Assembly: GCF_963921235.1 (NCBI RefSeq)
Contig: NC_086097.1
Span: 132,558,001 to 132,622,000, forward strand
DNA length: 64,000 nucleotides
Reading direction: 5' to 3'
From: Mobula hypostoma
Lineage: Eukaryota
Positions 12,158-23,350 of the stretch are shown here, piece after piece (the stretch's first letter is position 1; every line of letters starts with the position of its first letter). The notes below the pieces were generated by a model. That model was not told where the DNA came from. It searched no databases and saw only the letters and a list, made by a program, of their open reading frames with translations. The position numbers and the translations under genes were made by a program.

Positions 12158-12965
12158 CTACCCTGGTTTGATCTATTTGATTATTGATTGATAAAATGTG
12201 TATTTATGCAAAGCATTTAAAAACATTCTTCAAACAAAGAATCTGACTGATCTATTATTCTATCACTCTGGTGCTGAGCTGCAATTTGGAGCTGGATGGG
12301 GTTCAGAAGACAGTCTGGATAATGTCTGCTAGCAGGCAGTTTCCCTACTAATTCAAAGAGGTGTCTAAATCTTCTCTTTCTTTGACAGCCATGCACACAC
12401 GTCTCCACCAGCAGTCCTGGAAAGCAGTCAGGAACAAGACATTTGGCTGAATTCTCCCTCAATACCACAGGAGCATCGATGCCAAACATAACACCTCTAA
12501 TGTTCTGTACCTCTAGCCTAAAACAGTTTACTTCCTCAGTCTGTTCGCACATAGGGCAGCTTACCAAGTGAGTTAAAGGTGATTCAATTGACAACTGTGA
12601 ATCCACAATTCAAGTTCAAAGGGAGGAGGAGAGGGCAGGTGGATGTGAAATAGAAAAAAACTGCAGATGTTGGGATCTGGAGCAACAAACCACCTGCTGG
12701 AGGAATTCAGTAAGTCAGGCAGCATCTGTGGAAGGAAATGCATGGTCAGAATTTCAAACCTGAAAAAATCCTTCAGCATTTTGTGTGCAATTGTGTTGTT
12801 AGTATTTGCAACAATCATCACAGTGATTTATACATTCCACACAATGAAGGTCACTTGAACCTCTGGTAAATGTCTGAACACACAATTTGTAATACCATAG
12901 TAGCCCAAATATAATATAAATGTGTCAAGATATTTCACAGAAGTGACTTCAGATGAAATTACACA

Positions 12966-13311
12966 GGGGCAGTACAGTGACAGAACTGGTAGAGCCTCTG
13001 CTGCACAGCTCCATGAGTTCAATCCTGCCCTCTGATATTGTCTCTGTGGAGTTTACATGTTTTTCTTGTGATCACACAGGCTTCCCCCAGGTGCTTCAAT
13101 TTTCTCCCACATTTCAAACACATAAAAGTTGGTAGGTTAATTGGTTACTGTAAATTATCCCGAGTACGTAGGCTAAGTGATAGATATTGGAGAAGTTAAT
13201 GAGAATGTATGGAAAATGGGTTACAGGGAAAATTAATGGGGGAATAGATTTGCTCTATGTGACAGAACAGACTTGATGGGCTGACTGGCCTCCTTTGTTG
13301 TAAGGAAATAT
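12966..13311 (+). mobile_element. tRNA-derived V-SINE (HE1-like), decayed
   Basis: tRNA-like head with GAGTTCAATCC B-box; V-domain-like TGTGGAGTTTACATGTTTTTCTTGTG; CR1-like tail. Confidence 0.7.
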
Positions 13312-13639
13312 GAAATATGACACCTTTTACATTTCCTCTCAGGGAGAAAGAAGGATGATGAAGGAAAGAAAGACAGAGGAGGAGAGAGAAAAGACTGTGA
13401 CAACTCAAGAAAAAGCAGGTGTGATGGGCATCCTGGCATTGTACAGCAAAGCATGTGGATCATTCCTGTCTTTTATGAAGAGGAAGGTGATATTTCTCAT
13501 GTCCAATAGTTTGTTAGATGTGGGAGACATGTACAAACATTGACAGTGAGGGAAGAAAATGTAATAATTTCACCACAGAAGCTTACACCACACTCAGTAA
13601 CAAAGCAGCTCGGCAAAATCCTGAAGATGTCTCGTTTGC

Positions 13640-15800
13640 AACAGTAATTCAAAAGTAGAACAATTATGTCAGCCTGCAGTTGGTTGAGATGGTGAAGAAC
13701 TACAAATTCTGTGCACGTGATCAGAAAATAGGGAAACGATTGAAGGATTATATTTCATGGAAACACATTAGAACATTGTAACTTTACAGAGTTTTTAAAT
13801 TGCACAATGAGAAGTAGGTTTGCTGTTGAAAAATTCCAAACCTTCTTGTTCAATACAGCAAACCTCACATTGGTTTGGCCCATAGGATTCAAACTTCCAT
13901 TGGAATAGCAGCCAAAAATGCAAAATCATTCTATCCACCAACCACAAGTGTAATGGTAGTCTGCGATTTCAGGGCAATTCCCAAAACAAGGCAACACCAT
14001 GTGATTCCAAGTAGTCCCAAATCAAAGTTACGTTTGTTCTCTCAACCATTTCCTACACAATTGCACTTTTATAGTAGCAAAGAGCTACTCAGGCAGAAGA
14101 AAGAACAGCAGTTTGTACTTATAAATACAAGGCAACATATAGTGAATTTCTAAAACAAGATGAGCTCAGGGGAAAACTTCTCAGAAAAAGAATTGGCACA
14201 ATATTGCAGTCACTGTAGTTGACACAAAATTTATTCTGTTTAGCAACCATGCTGTAAGCCACAGTGGCATTAGACAACAAGTGTTTAAGGGCACAGTCCT
14301 GACTGATAGCTAATCATTTGTGATGGTTCCAGTAATGGAAAGGACAGTTTTGCCAAGAAGCTTGGTCACATGCCTTTATTAAGGTGTGTAGTCTGTTAAG
14401 GATCCAGCCTGAACAATGGATCGAAGGGCCTCTGCTGGTAGCTCTGGATCACGACAGTTCTGTTTTCTTTCACCTGGCCATGTGGGTTCTAGCCCAGCCC
14501 CTTTCCTTTTTTGGACTTCCTCCAATTACCTGCTTGTCTCCTCATTTGCACCCACCTGTTTCTAATTTTCACTCATTACTCTGTCCATTTAAACCCCGCC
14601 TTGACGAGCATTCTCTGCTAGTTTGTCTAAGTTCTGACCTGTGTTGTTCTAGCCTGTCATTGTGACCTCTGTCAACTGATTTTGCCTGATTCTGTGTTTT
14701 GGATTTTGCCCGTTCTTGGACCTGATTTTTGCCTCTGTGCTCTGGATTGTCTACCCTCACCTGACTGCCTTTCCTGGTAAGACCTCTGCCTGCCATTTCG
14801 GATTCATGCCTGCCTTCTGTTTTTGAAAGACTGTCGCCTTTGTGCTCCCTAATAAATCCTGGTGAAAAAGTATTCATTGGTCTGCACTTGAGTCCCACCG
14901 AAACCTGATAGTCAATCTCAAAGAATTATTCAGGAGAAGATTCTGGGGCAGATCCATTGCTTGGTATGCTACAAGCACTGAAGTCTTAAGTTATCAATAG
15001 TTGTGGTTGGATCATACTGAATGTCTAACTATATTGGGAAGGATTGGCTTGCAAAAGTGAAACTTAGCTGAAAGGACATGTTCCCTGTCAATACAGGTGT
15101 ATCAATGTCATTTTTAGATACACCATTGTCAAATATAATGACATCTTATATGCCTATGAAGGAACTATTAAATGCAAGATAAATGCATGGATTAAACCTG
15201 CTATTAAACCAATCTGTATAAAATAAAAAGTGAAATCACTAGAATAGCTCTGTGGAAAGAGAAACAATCAATATTTTGGGACTGTAACCCTTCACCAGTC
15301 TTATACAATCCTTGGTTTGTTCTTTATTCCTTGAAGAATGAAGTGAAAGAAGAGGTTAAGAAATTGGAAAGAAATAGAGCTTCAGTCAAAGTAACTCAGC
15401 AGTTGGACAAATCCATCAACATGCATAACAAAGGCAGGTAAAATCTGAAGGTTGTGTGGTGACTTGATAAGGTAACTTTAAATCAGTCAGTGAATAACAT
15501 TCCTTGCTGAAATACAATGACCTGTTAGTGAATTTGATATGTCAGACTTGTACACAGTTGGCTATGGATGAGACAGTAAGTAGCACCTCACTAACAAAAC
15601 AGAGGCTATACTCTGACACTAAGGTTGCTGTTCAGAGTCATGCTACTAAAAAAGAGCACTCTATCTAACATGGACAAAGTTTTTAAATGCATAGACATTT
15701 TGCAATCAAAAGGGTATTTTTTCCAATACTACAAATGAAGAAAATAATCCATGCATTTTGGTGGAAGGACACACGTCTCCTATCAGAACATGAAACTGAA
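13640..15800 (+). mobile_element. Very old Gypsy gag-pol relic, interrupted by a solo LTR
   Basis: Frameshifted remnants resembling DQKIGETI.DYI (gag), LLGRDWL (protease), VPY.LK.EV.EE..KLE and CGD.KVTLNQ (RT). Confidence 0.5.
14394..14908 (+). repeat. Solo LTR (~515 bp)
   Basis: TGTTAAGG...CCTGA ends flanked by 5-bp direct repeat TAGTC (14389-14393, 14909-14913); TTTAAA box ~14588 and AATAAA ~14851. Confidence 0.75.
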
Positions 15801-16219
15801 GCATGCTTTTATACAATTAGAAGTGATGTATCTCCATCTGGAGGTAGATGGCATTGGATTGACATCTGTTTGAGACAAGGCCTCTATGGAAATCTATATA
15901 CACCACACCTACTGGCCTTGCTTTGTCGATTCTGCTTGTTTCATCCACTTGATTAATATAAGCATGGTTTAAGTACAGAATCTCCAATGGTTTGCTACAA
16001 CACAGCAAGAACCCTCAAGGTGCCTGTTCACTTCAAGTTACAGTGAATATAATGGGGCAAATTTTCTTTGCTTTGCAGGCTTTCAATAACACTGAGCCCA
16101 AGGGGATAATAAATGGGATTAGTATTAGGTGTGTTTGATGATCAGTGTGGGCTTCAGGACCTCAGTGTGTCCTTACATCCAGTAAGATGCCTCAGTAATG
16201 CGGATAGTGAGCCAGCTCG

Positions 16220-16425
16220 ATTATGCACAGCAAGTTCCCACCAGTATTAAAGCGGTAATAGGCAGATTACCCATTTATAGTTTTAAATTCTTGGGTCAAA
16301 TAATAAGGGGGATAAGTCATCAATATACCCTCATGGATCTTGTCACATCCAGCTGAGCAGGATAGTTTTGAGATCTCATCAGAAATAGTGCACATCCAAC
16401 AATGCAACTCTCCTTCAATACTGAT
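16220..16425 (-). mobile_element. Deu-domain SINE (SacSINE1/AmnSINE1-like) relic
   Basis: GGATCTTGTCACATCCAGCTGAG...TCTCATCAGAAA...CAATGCAACTCTCCTTCAATACTG resembles the reverse complement of the Deu domain as recalled. Confidence 0.55.
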
Positions 16426-17149
16426 ACCTTAAATGTTGTAATTCAGAAGCCAAACCAATAGAGCATACAAAAATCCTTAAGTTATATTTCTGATATCTGT
16501 AGTTTTAATGAGGCAGGTATCAGAGCATTTACTTCTGGTAATTCAGAGATGCGGGCTCTAGTCTCTAGATCAAACACCTCAGTGTCTGATCATATTCAAC
16601 TGATCCCAATACCAATTTCAGTGTAAAATTAATTAACTGTCTTCAGGAATTGACAGCTGCCTTGTAAACTGACATGATGGGAATGGTTGTCCTGATACAA
16701 AAGCAGATTACCAATTAACTTTTATCATATGCTATCTTCCCAAATGCACCCCCACTTCCACCCCTCCCCCCTCCTTTGTCAGTCCAATTTCATTCCATTT
16801 CAGTGGTCTGATGAAATATATTATTTAAAACTCAGCAGCTTTACCCAATTAATCTGAAGTGCGCCTGCCTAACAAATGTATTTATCAATAAAACTGCAAA
16901 GAATACGATAAATCATCAGGTAAAAGTGTCGTTCTTCAGACAATAAAAAGCAGCCTTATTGACACGTAATAGCATCAATAGCTATAATTTGGTGATCAAA
17001 ACAATAACTTCAATTACCTCATTCTGACAAGCACCAGTAGTTCATCATGATTTTGTCAGTGAGAGCACTGTGGCTAAGTTGTATCCAACTTGAGAACATG
17101 AAATAAATGCTCCAACTTCAAGCAAACTACTTCCTCTTTCTGTCCCCTT

Positions 17150-17646
17150 TCTCTCTCTTTCCCCCCCCCGATCTATCCAGCTCTTCCTACACCCTGACAG
17201 CCGCACACCCCATCACTCTGTCTGTTTCCCCTCCTCTGACCAGCTCCATCTGTCCATCATCCACATGTTCCTCCTACTGAATCCCCTCCCCCACTGTTTC
17301 CACCTGCCTTCCCCATCTGCCTTATTTGGTTCTGCTCATCACCCATCAGATTCCGTCATAGCCTTTTTGTTTGCTTCACATATTACCTCGCAGCTTCTGT
17401 TGCTATTTCCACTTTTCCAGCCTCCATCTGCCTATCCCCCCTCCACTTATTGCTTGCCATCTCTTGCTTCATTCTTTCTCTTCCTCCCTTTATACTGGGT
17501 ATCTCCATCTTTTAATCTGGATGAGGGATCTCAACCTGAAACATCAACTACCCATTTCCCTCCATAGCTGTTGCCCAGCCAGCTGAGTTTCTTCAGCATT
17601 TTCTTTCAAGCTCCAAATTCCAGCATCTGCAGTCTTTTGCATCTCT
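17150..17646 (+). mobile_element. Old Penelope-related 3' terminal repeat fragment
   Basis: Pyrimidine-rich tract, decayed hammerhead motif (~17516-17549) and CCAGCATCTGCAG end shared with the Penelope copies. Confidence 0.65.
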
Positions 17647-17965
17647 TTGCCTGTGCAGTGCCAAGTGTCGTTTTGAACAAGATTCTCCATTGAAAAGAGT
17701 GATTAAGGAGTGATTTGGTAGGGAGTAAATGGGGGTTAAGTGGTGGTACAGAAGTAAACAGAAACTGCTTTCACTGGCTGGATGAGAGGTACCTAGAGGA
17801 AACTCAGAATAAGCTGACTGAGGAAAGAACTCAGGCTGGGTAAACAGAGGAAAATCCATTTCTTAATATCAATGGTTATTAATAATAAATGAACACTTCT
17901 ACAAGGTTCTACTTGACTATTAGTTCTCCTTTCCAAACAGAAGTATAATCCCTAGGAAGAGGTGC

Positions 17966-18001
17966 AGTTGACGTTTCAGGCCGAGACCCTTCGTCAGGAC
18001 T
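17966..18001 (-). ncRNA. Minimal type-I hammerhead ribozyme motif (stem I has one mismatch)
   Basis: AGTC CTGACGA AGGGTCTCGGCCT GAAA CG TC AACT on the minus strand. Confidence 0.65.
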
Positions 18002-19683
18002 AACTGAAGGAAGAGTGAGTAAGGGATTTGAAAGTTGGAGGGGGAGGGGGAGATCCAAAATGATAGGAGAAGACAGGAGGGGGAGGGATGGAGCCAAGAG
18101 CTGGACAGGTGATTGGCAAAGGGGATATGAGAGGATCATGGGACAGGAGGCCCAGGGAGAAAGACAAGGGGGGGGGGACCCAGAGGATGGGCAAGGGGTA
18201 TATTCAGAGGGACAGAGGGAGAAAAAGGAGAGTGAGAGAAAGAATGTGTATATAAAAATAAGTAACAGATGGGATACGAGGGGGAGGTGGGGCATTAGCG
18301 GAAGTTAGAGAAGTCGATGTTCATGCCATCAGGTTGGAGGCTACCCAGACGGAATATAAGGTGTTGTTCCTCCAACCTGAGTGTGGCTTCATCTTTACAG
18401 CAGAGGAGGCCGTGGATAGACATGTCAGAATGGGAATGGGATGTGGAATTAAAATGTGTGGCCACTGGGAGATCCTGCTTTCTCTGGCGGACAGAGCGTA
18501 GATGTTCAGCAAAGCGGTCTCCCAGTCTGTGTCGGGTCTCACCAACATATAAAAGGCCACATCGGGAGCACCGGACGCAGTATATCACCCCAGTCGACTC
18601 GCAGGTGAAGTGTTGCCTCACCTGGAAGGACTGTTTGGGGCCCTGAATGGTGGTAAGGGAGGAAGTGTAAGGGCATATGTAGCACTTGTTCTGCTTACAC
18701 GGATAAGTGCCAGGAGAGAGGTCAGTGGGGAGGAATAGGGGGGACAAATGGATAAGGGAGTTGCGTAGGGAGCGATCCCTGCGGAATGCAGAGAGAGGGG
18801 GGAAGGGAAAGATGTGCTTAGTGGTGGGATCCCGTTGGAGGTGGCGGAAGTTACGGAGAATAATATGTTGGACCCGGAGGCTGGTGGGCATTCCGCAGGG
18901 ATTGCTCCCTACGCAACTCCCTTGTCCATTCGTCCCCTCCATCCCTCCCCACTGATCTCCCTCCTGGCACTTATCCGTGTAAGCGGAACAAGTGCTACAC
19001 ATGCCCTTACACTTCCTCCTTTACCACCATTCAGGGCCCCAAACAGTCCTTCCAGGTGAGGCAACACTTCACCTGTGAGTCGACTGGGGTGATATACTGC
19101 GTCCGGTGCTCCCGATGTGGCCTTTTATATACTGGCGAGACCCGACGCAGACTGGGAGACTGCTTTGCTGAACATCTACGCTCTGTCCGCCAGAGAAAGC
19201 AGGATCTCCCAGTGGCCACACATTTTAATTCCACATCCCATTTCCATTCTGACATGTCTATCCACAGCCTCCTCTACTGTAAAGATGAAGCCACACGCAG
19301 GTTGGAGGAACAACACCTTATATTCCGTCTGGGTAGCCTCCAACCTGATGGCATAAACATTGACTTCTCTAACTTCCGTTAATGCCCTACCTCCCCCTCG
19401 TACCCCATCTGTTACTTATTTTTATACACACATTCTTTCTCTCACTCTCCTTTTTCTCCCTCTGTTCCTCTGAATATACCCCTTGCCCATCCTCTGGGTC
19501 CTCCCCTCTCCCCCCCCCTTGTCTTTCTTCCCGGACCTCCTGTCCCATGATCCTCTCGTATCCCTTTTGCCTATCACCTGTCCAGCTCTCGGCTCCATCC
19601 CTCCCCCTCCTGTCTTCTCCTATCATTTTGGATCTCCCCCTCCCCCTCCAACTTTAAATCCCTTGCTCACTCTTCCTTCAGTT

Positions 19684-19719
19684 AGTCCTGACGAAGGGTC
19701 TCGGCCTGAAATGTCGACT
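19684..19719 (+). ncRNA. Minimal type-I hammerhead ribozyme motif (stem III C>T)
   Basis: AGTC CTGACGA AGGGTCTCGGCCT GAAA TG TC GACT. Confidence 0.65.
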
Positions 19720-22341
19720 GCACCTCTTCCTACAGATGCTGCCTGGCCTGCTGCGTTCACCAGCAACTTTGATGTATGTTGCTTGAATTTCCAGCATCTG
19801 CAGAATTCCTGTTGTTTGAGAAGTATAATCCCTAGTGGTTCCCACTGTGAGCGAGGGTAGCAGAATGGGTGAAAAGAATGGGAAGTCGTGAAGAGATTTT
19901 ACTCCAAAATCTGCTTTTATTCCATTTTAACTACAACTAGGCTGACAATCTGTAATCCTGAAATGGGCCACATCGCCAGGTTACTTGTCATTTATTTGTT
20001 GGCATTGACTCCCACAGTCAGGAGCAAATGGACAATCAATGCTTTGGTCGAGAACTTTCATCTAGACTGGACTAAAGTTCCATGAGGATGAAGGGTCGGG
20101 ACCTGAAATGTTGACTGTCCATTTCCCTCCACATGCTTCCTGACCCAGTGATTTCCTCCAGTAATTTCTTGTTTATTCCAGATTCCGGTGTCTGCAGTCC
20201 CTTGTGTCCCAATATTTTTTCTCTCCTTTACAGCTTCAGACCAAGATAATTCTTTAAAAATATGGAGCCTACTCCTCAGCCTTGTTCCAGTCTCCCAGTC
20301 CTACACAATTTTCCTTGGGATGAAAATATATACTTGACCAGCTCTAGATTGAACCTTGTAGAGTCCTGTAAAGCCGTGTCCATTTCTGACCTACAACAAT
20401 TTGGACTCAACTGAGAACTTCCCTAGTGAGCTGGCCCCAATGCCACACCAGTCGTAGGCTCTAACTAAGGAGAAACGAGAATAGGCGGGAACAGCAGAGG
20501 GAAATGCTTAACTTGAGTGCACAGATCTGCATCCAGTTGTGCAGATATAGGCTTAGTATTCCCTGAGACACAGAATTTCCAAAACTTAGCAAGACTGTGT
20601 CAAGCACCTTCTTTGTGTACAAACATACTGCCCCAAGCACCACCCTCTACTTCATTTTTACAAGAAACCAATCTTCAAAGGTGGCTCATGGTTTCTGAAG
20701 TATTTTGAAAGATCCTGAAGTTATGAAAAATGACAGAAACATTGGTTAACTTCAAGAACCCCAAAATCTATGTGCTACACAGAAAAGCCCAATAAATGGT
20801 GGGAGGAGCACCCACTCCTGACTTACCTGCTGATTCTGTCAGGCACTTCCTGTTCCACCTGTGGCTGTCTCATATTCTACTCATCATAACTCACAGAACT
20901 GGAGTGGAAGCAACTCATTTTTGATCCTGACAGTCAAAGAGGAAGATATCAACCTGCACCTTGAGATAACAACAGACCCCAAAAGCAAGTAGCAAATAAA
21001 TAATTTGACTCCAAGCTCCACGAGGAAAATTCTTTGAGGAGAAAGTACTGTGTGTTCTTTGAAAGGGCAGCTAGAATTGTAGTGAATCAGAGAGGATTAC
21101 AGAAGGAATCTCAAAAATAGAGCTAAGCATACTGGGAATAAAGTGATTTACAAAGTCACAGGACATAGAGAACTCAAGAAATGAATTAGGAAAGTTAGGA
21201 GGGGCCATGAAAAGTCCTTGGCAAGTAGGATCAAAGAGAATCCAAAGGCATTCTATACATGCATCAAGAGCAAGAGAATAACTAAGCAGAGGTTATGACT
21301 ACTCAAGGGTAAAAGGGGGAACATTAGCTTCAAGACAGAGGATGTAGGTAAGGTCCTTAATAAGTATTTTATATCAGTATTTACCAAAGACAAGGATGTG
21401 AAGGATAGGAAGATCAGTGCTGAGCACATTGATATGCGCGGGTGAATGGGTCCCCAGGATCCGATGGGATATCTACAAGTTATTGAGACAGGTAAGAGAG
21501 GAGATTGCTGGGGCCTTGACCAATATCTTTATGTCCTCTCTCACCAAGCCAAGATCCCAAAGGACTGACAAGTAGCTAATGTTGTGCCATTATTCAGGTA
21601 TAATCCAGGAAAATATAGACTGGTGTGTCTCATGTGACTGGTAGAGAAGTTATACTTAAGGATAGGATTTATGAGCATTTGGAGCCTACATAGAGAAAGC
21701 CATCATGGCTTTGGGTGGGACAAGTCATGCCTTAATAACTTGATTGTGTTTTTTAATGAAGTGGTGAAGATGATTGATGAAAGTAGAGCTATGGATGTTA
21801 TCTACATGGATTCCAGTGAGGCGTTTGACAATGTCCCCCATGGGAGGCTCATCAAAAGATTAAGATGCATGGAATCCATGGTGAATTGGCTGTTTGGATT
21901 CAGAACTGGTTTGCTTATAGAAGACAGATGGTAGGGGTCGAAGGGATTTATTTTAGATAGAAGTTTGTGAATAGTGGTGTTTCACAGGGATCAGTATTGG
22001 GACCTCTGTTGCTTGTGATGTATATAAATTACAAGGATATAAATGTATGCAGATGGGTGGATTAGTAAGTTTGAAGATGATGCAAAGATTGTAAGGTTGT
22101 GGATAGCGTAGAAGACTGCTAAAGAATGGAGCAGGATATAGATCTGTTCCGGATAAAGATCTGTTCCAGATATAGGTGGAGTAATGGTAGAATTGGTTTA
22201 ACCCAGCCAGATGTGAAGTGTTGCACATCTTGGTAGGTCAAATGTGAAAAGACAAGGACAACACTTCTTAAGAGTGTTGAAGAGCAGCAGGATCTTGGGG
22301 TCCAAGTCCATAGCTATCTGAAAGTAGCTACACAAGCTGAT

Positions 22342-22703
22342 GTTGTTCATCCATCGTCATCGTCGATGAAGACCTCGACACCATTATGATGATGATGATG
22401 TCGAGACTAGCACGTGATTTGGATTTAAGTGAGGGAGAGTTGTGCAGCGTCAGCCTCACTCTCCCTTCCCAATTCCCATCTGGATCCAGTGGCAAGAGAG
22501 TGTCGAGATGGCTGGAGATGGGACTAGGCGTAATGGATGACCAGGACGTCTTCTGTGTCTTGTCCTGCTCTACATGTTCCACGTCGCTTGCAGAGACCAC
22601 CTTCTTGACCATTGGACCTTCCATTGGTCTCATCCGCTCAGTCCACCGGAGACTGTCTTCACACGCTGGGATGGACAACTCCCTGTATCACCGAGGGTTT
22701 GAG
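22342..22703 (-). mobile_element. RTE-related short retroposon
   Basis: 10-bp TSD ACAAGCTGAT (22332-22341, 22704-22713); (CAA)n-type tail on the minus strand. Confidence 0.7.
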
Positions 22704-22789
22704 ACAAGCTGATAGTGTGATTAAGAAGGCATATGGCATGCTTGCCTTTATTAATCAAGGTATTGGGTTCAAAAGTCAGGAAATTAAGT

Positions 22790-22992
22790 GAATTGAATTG
22801 ACTTTATTACTTACATCCTTCATATACATGAGGAGTAAAAATCTTTGTTACGTCTCTGTTCAAATGTGCAATTATAGTAATTTATAAATATTATGTACAA
22901 CAGGATAGTTAATATAACATAGAAATACAGTTGCATCAGCATGAATTAAGTAGTGTGATGGCCTGGTGGAAGAAGCTGTCCCAGAGCCTGTT
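22790..22992 (-). mobile_element. Short LINE 3'-end insertion (Rex1-like)
   Basis: AATAAA plus (CAATT)n tail on the minus strand; interrupts the CR1 frame. Confidence 0.55.
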
Positions 22993-23350
22993 ACAACTTT
23001 ATAAAATGCTCATTAGGCTGCATCCGGAGTTGTACATACAGGTTTGGACACCCTATTTTAGGAAGGATCTTGAGGCTTTGGAGAGTGTGCAGAAGAGGTT
23101 TGCAAGGATACTGCCTAGATTAGAGAGAAAGTTCTATAAGAAGAGGTTGGATAAACTTAGGTCATTTCCTCTGGAGTGGCAGAGGCTGAGGAGAGATCTG
23201 ATAGAAGATTATGAGATCATGAGAGGCATAGATAGTCTACACAGACAGTACCTTTTCGCCAGGGTTGAATTGTCTAATACCAGAAGGCATGCATTTAAGG
23301 TAAGAGGTGGTAATTTCAAAGGAGATGTGAAGAGCAAGTTTTCTATACTG

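Larger units (their letters stand above)
17956..19818. mobile_element. Penelope-like (Neptune-type) insertion with inverted duplicated arms (minus arm 17956-18888, plus arm 18888-19818)
   Basis: Both arms encode GIY-YIG (GVIYCVRC...LY(V/T)GET) plus 3' UTR; 17-bp TSD AGAAGTATAATCCCTAG at 17939-17955 and 19819-19835. Confidence 0.93.
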
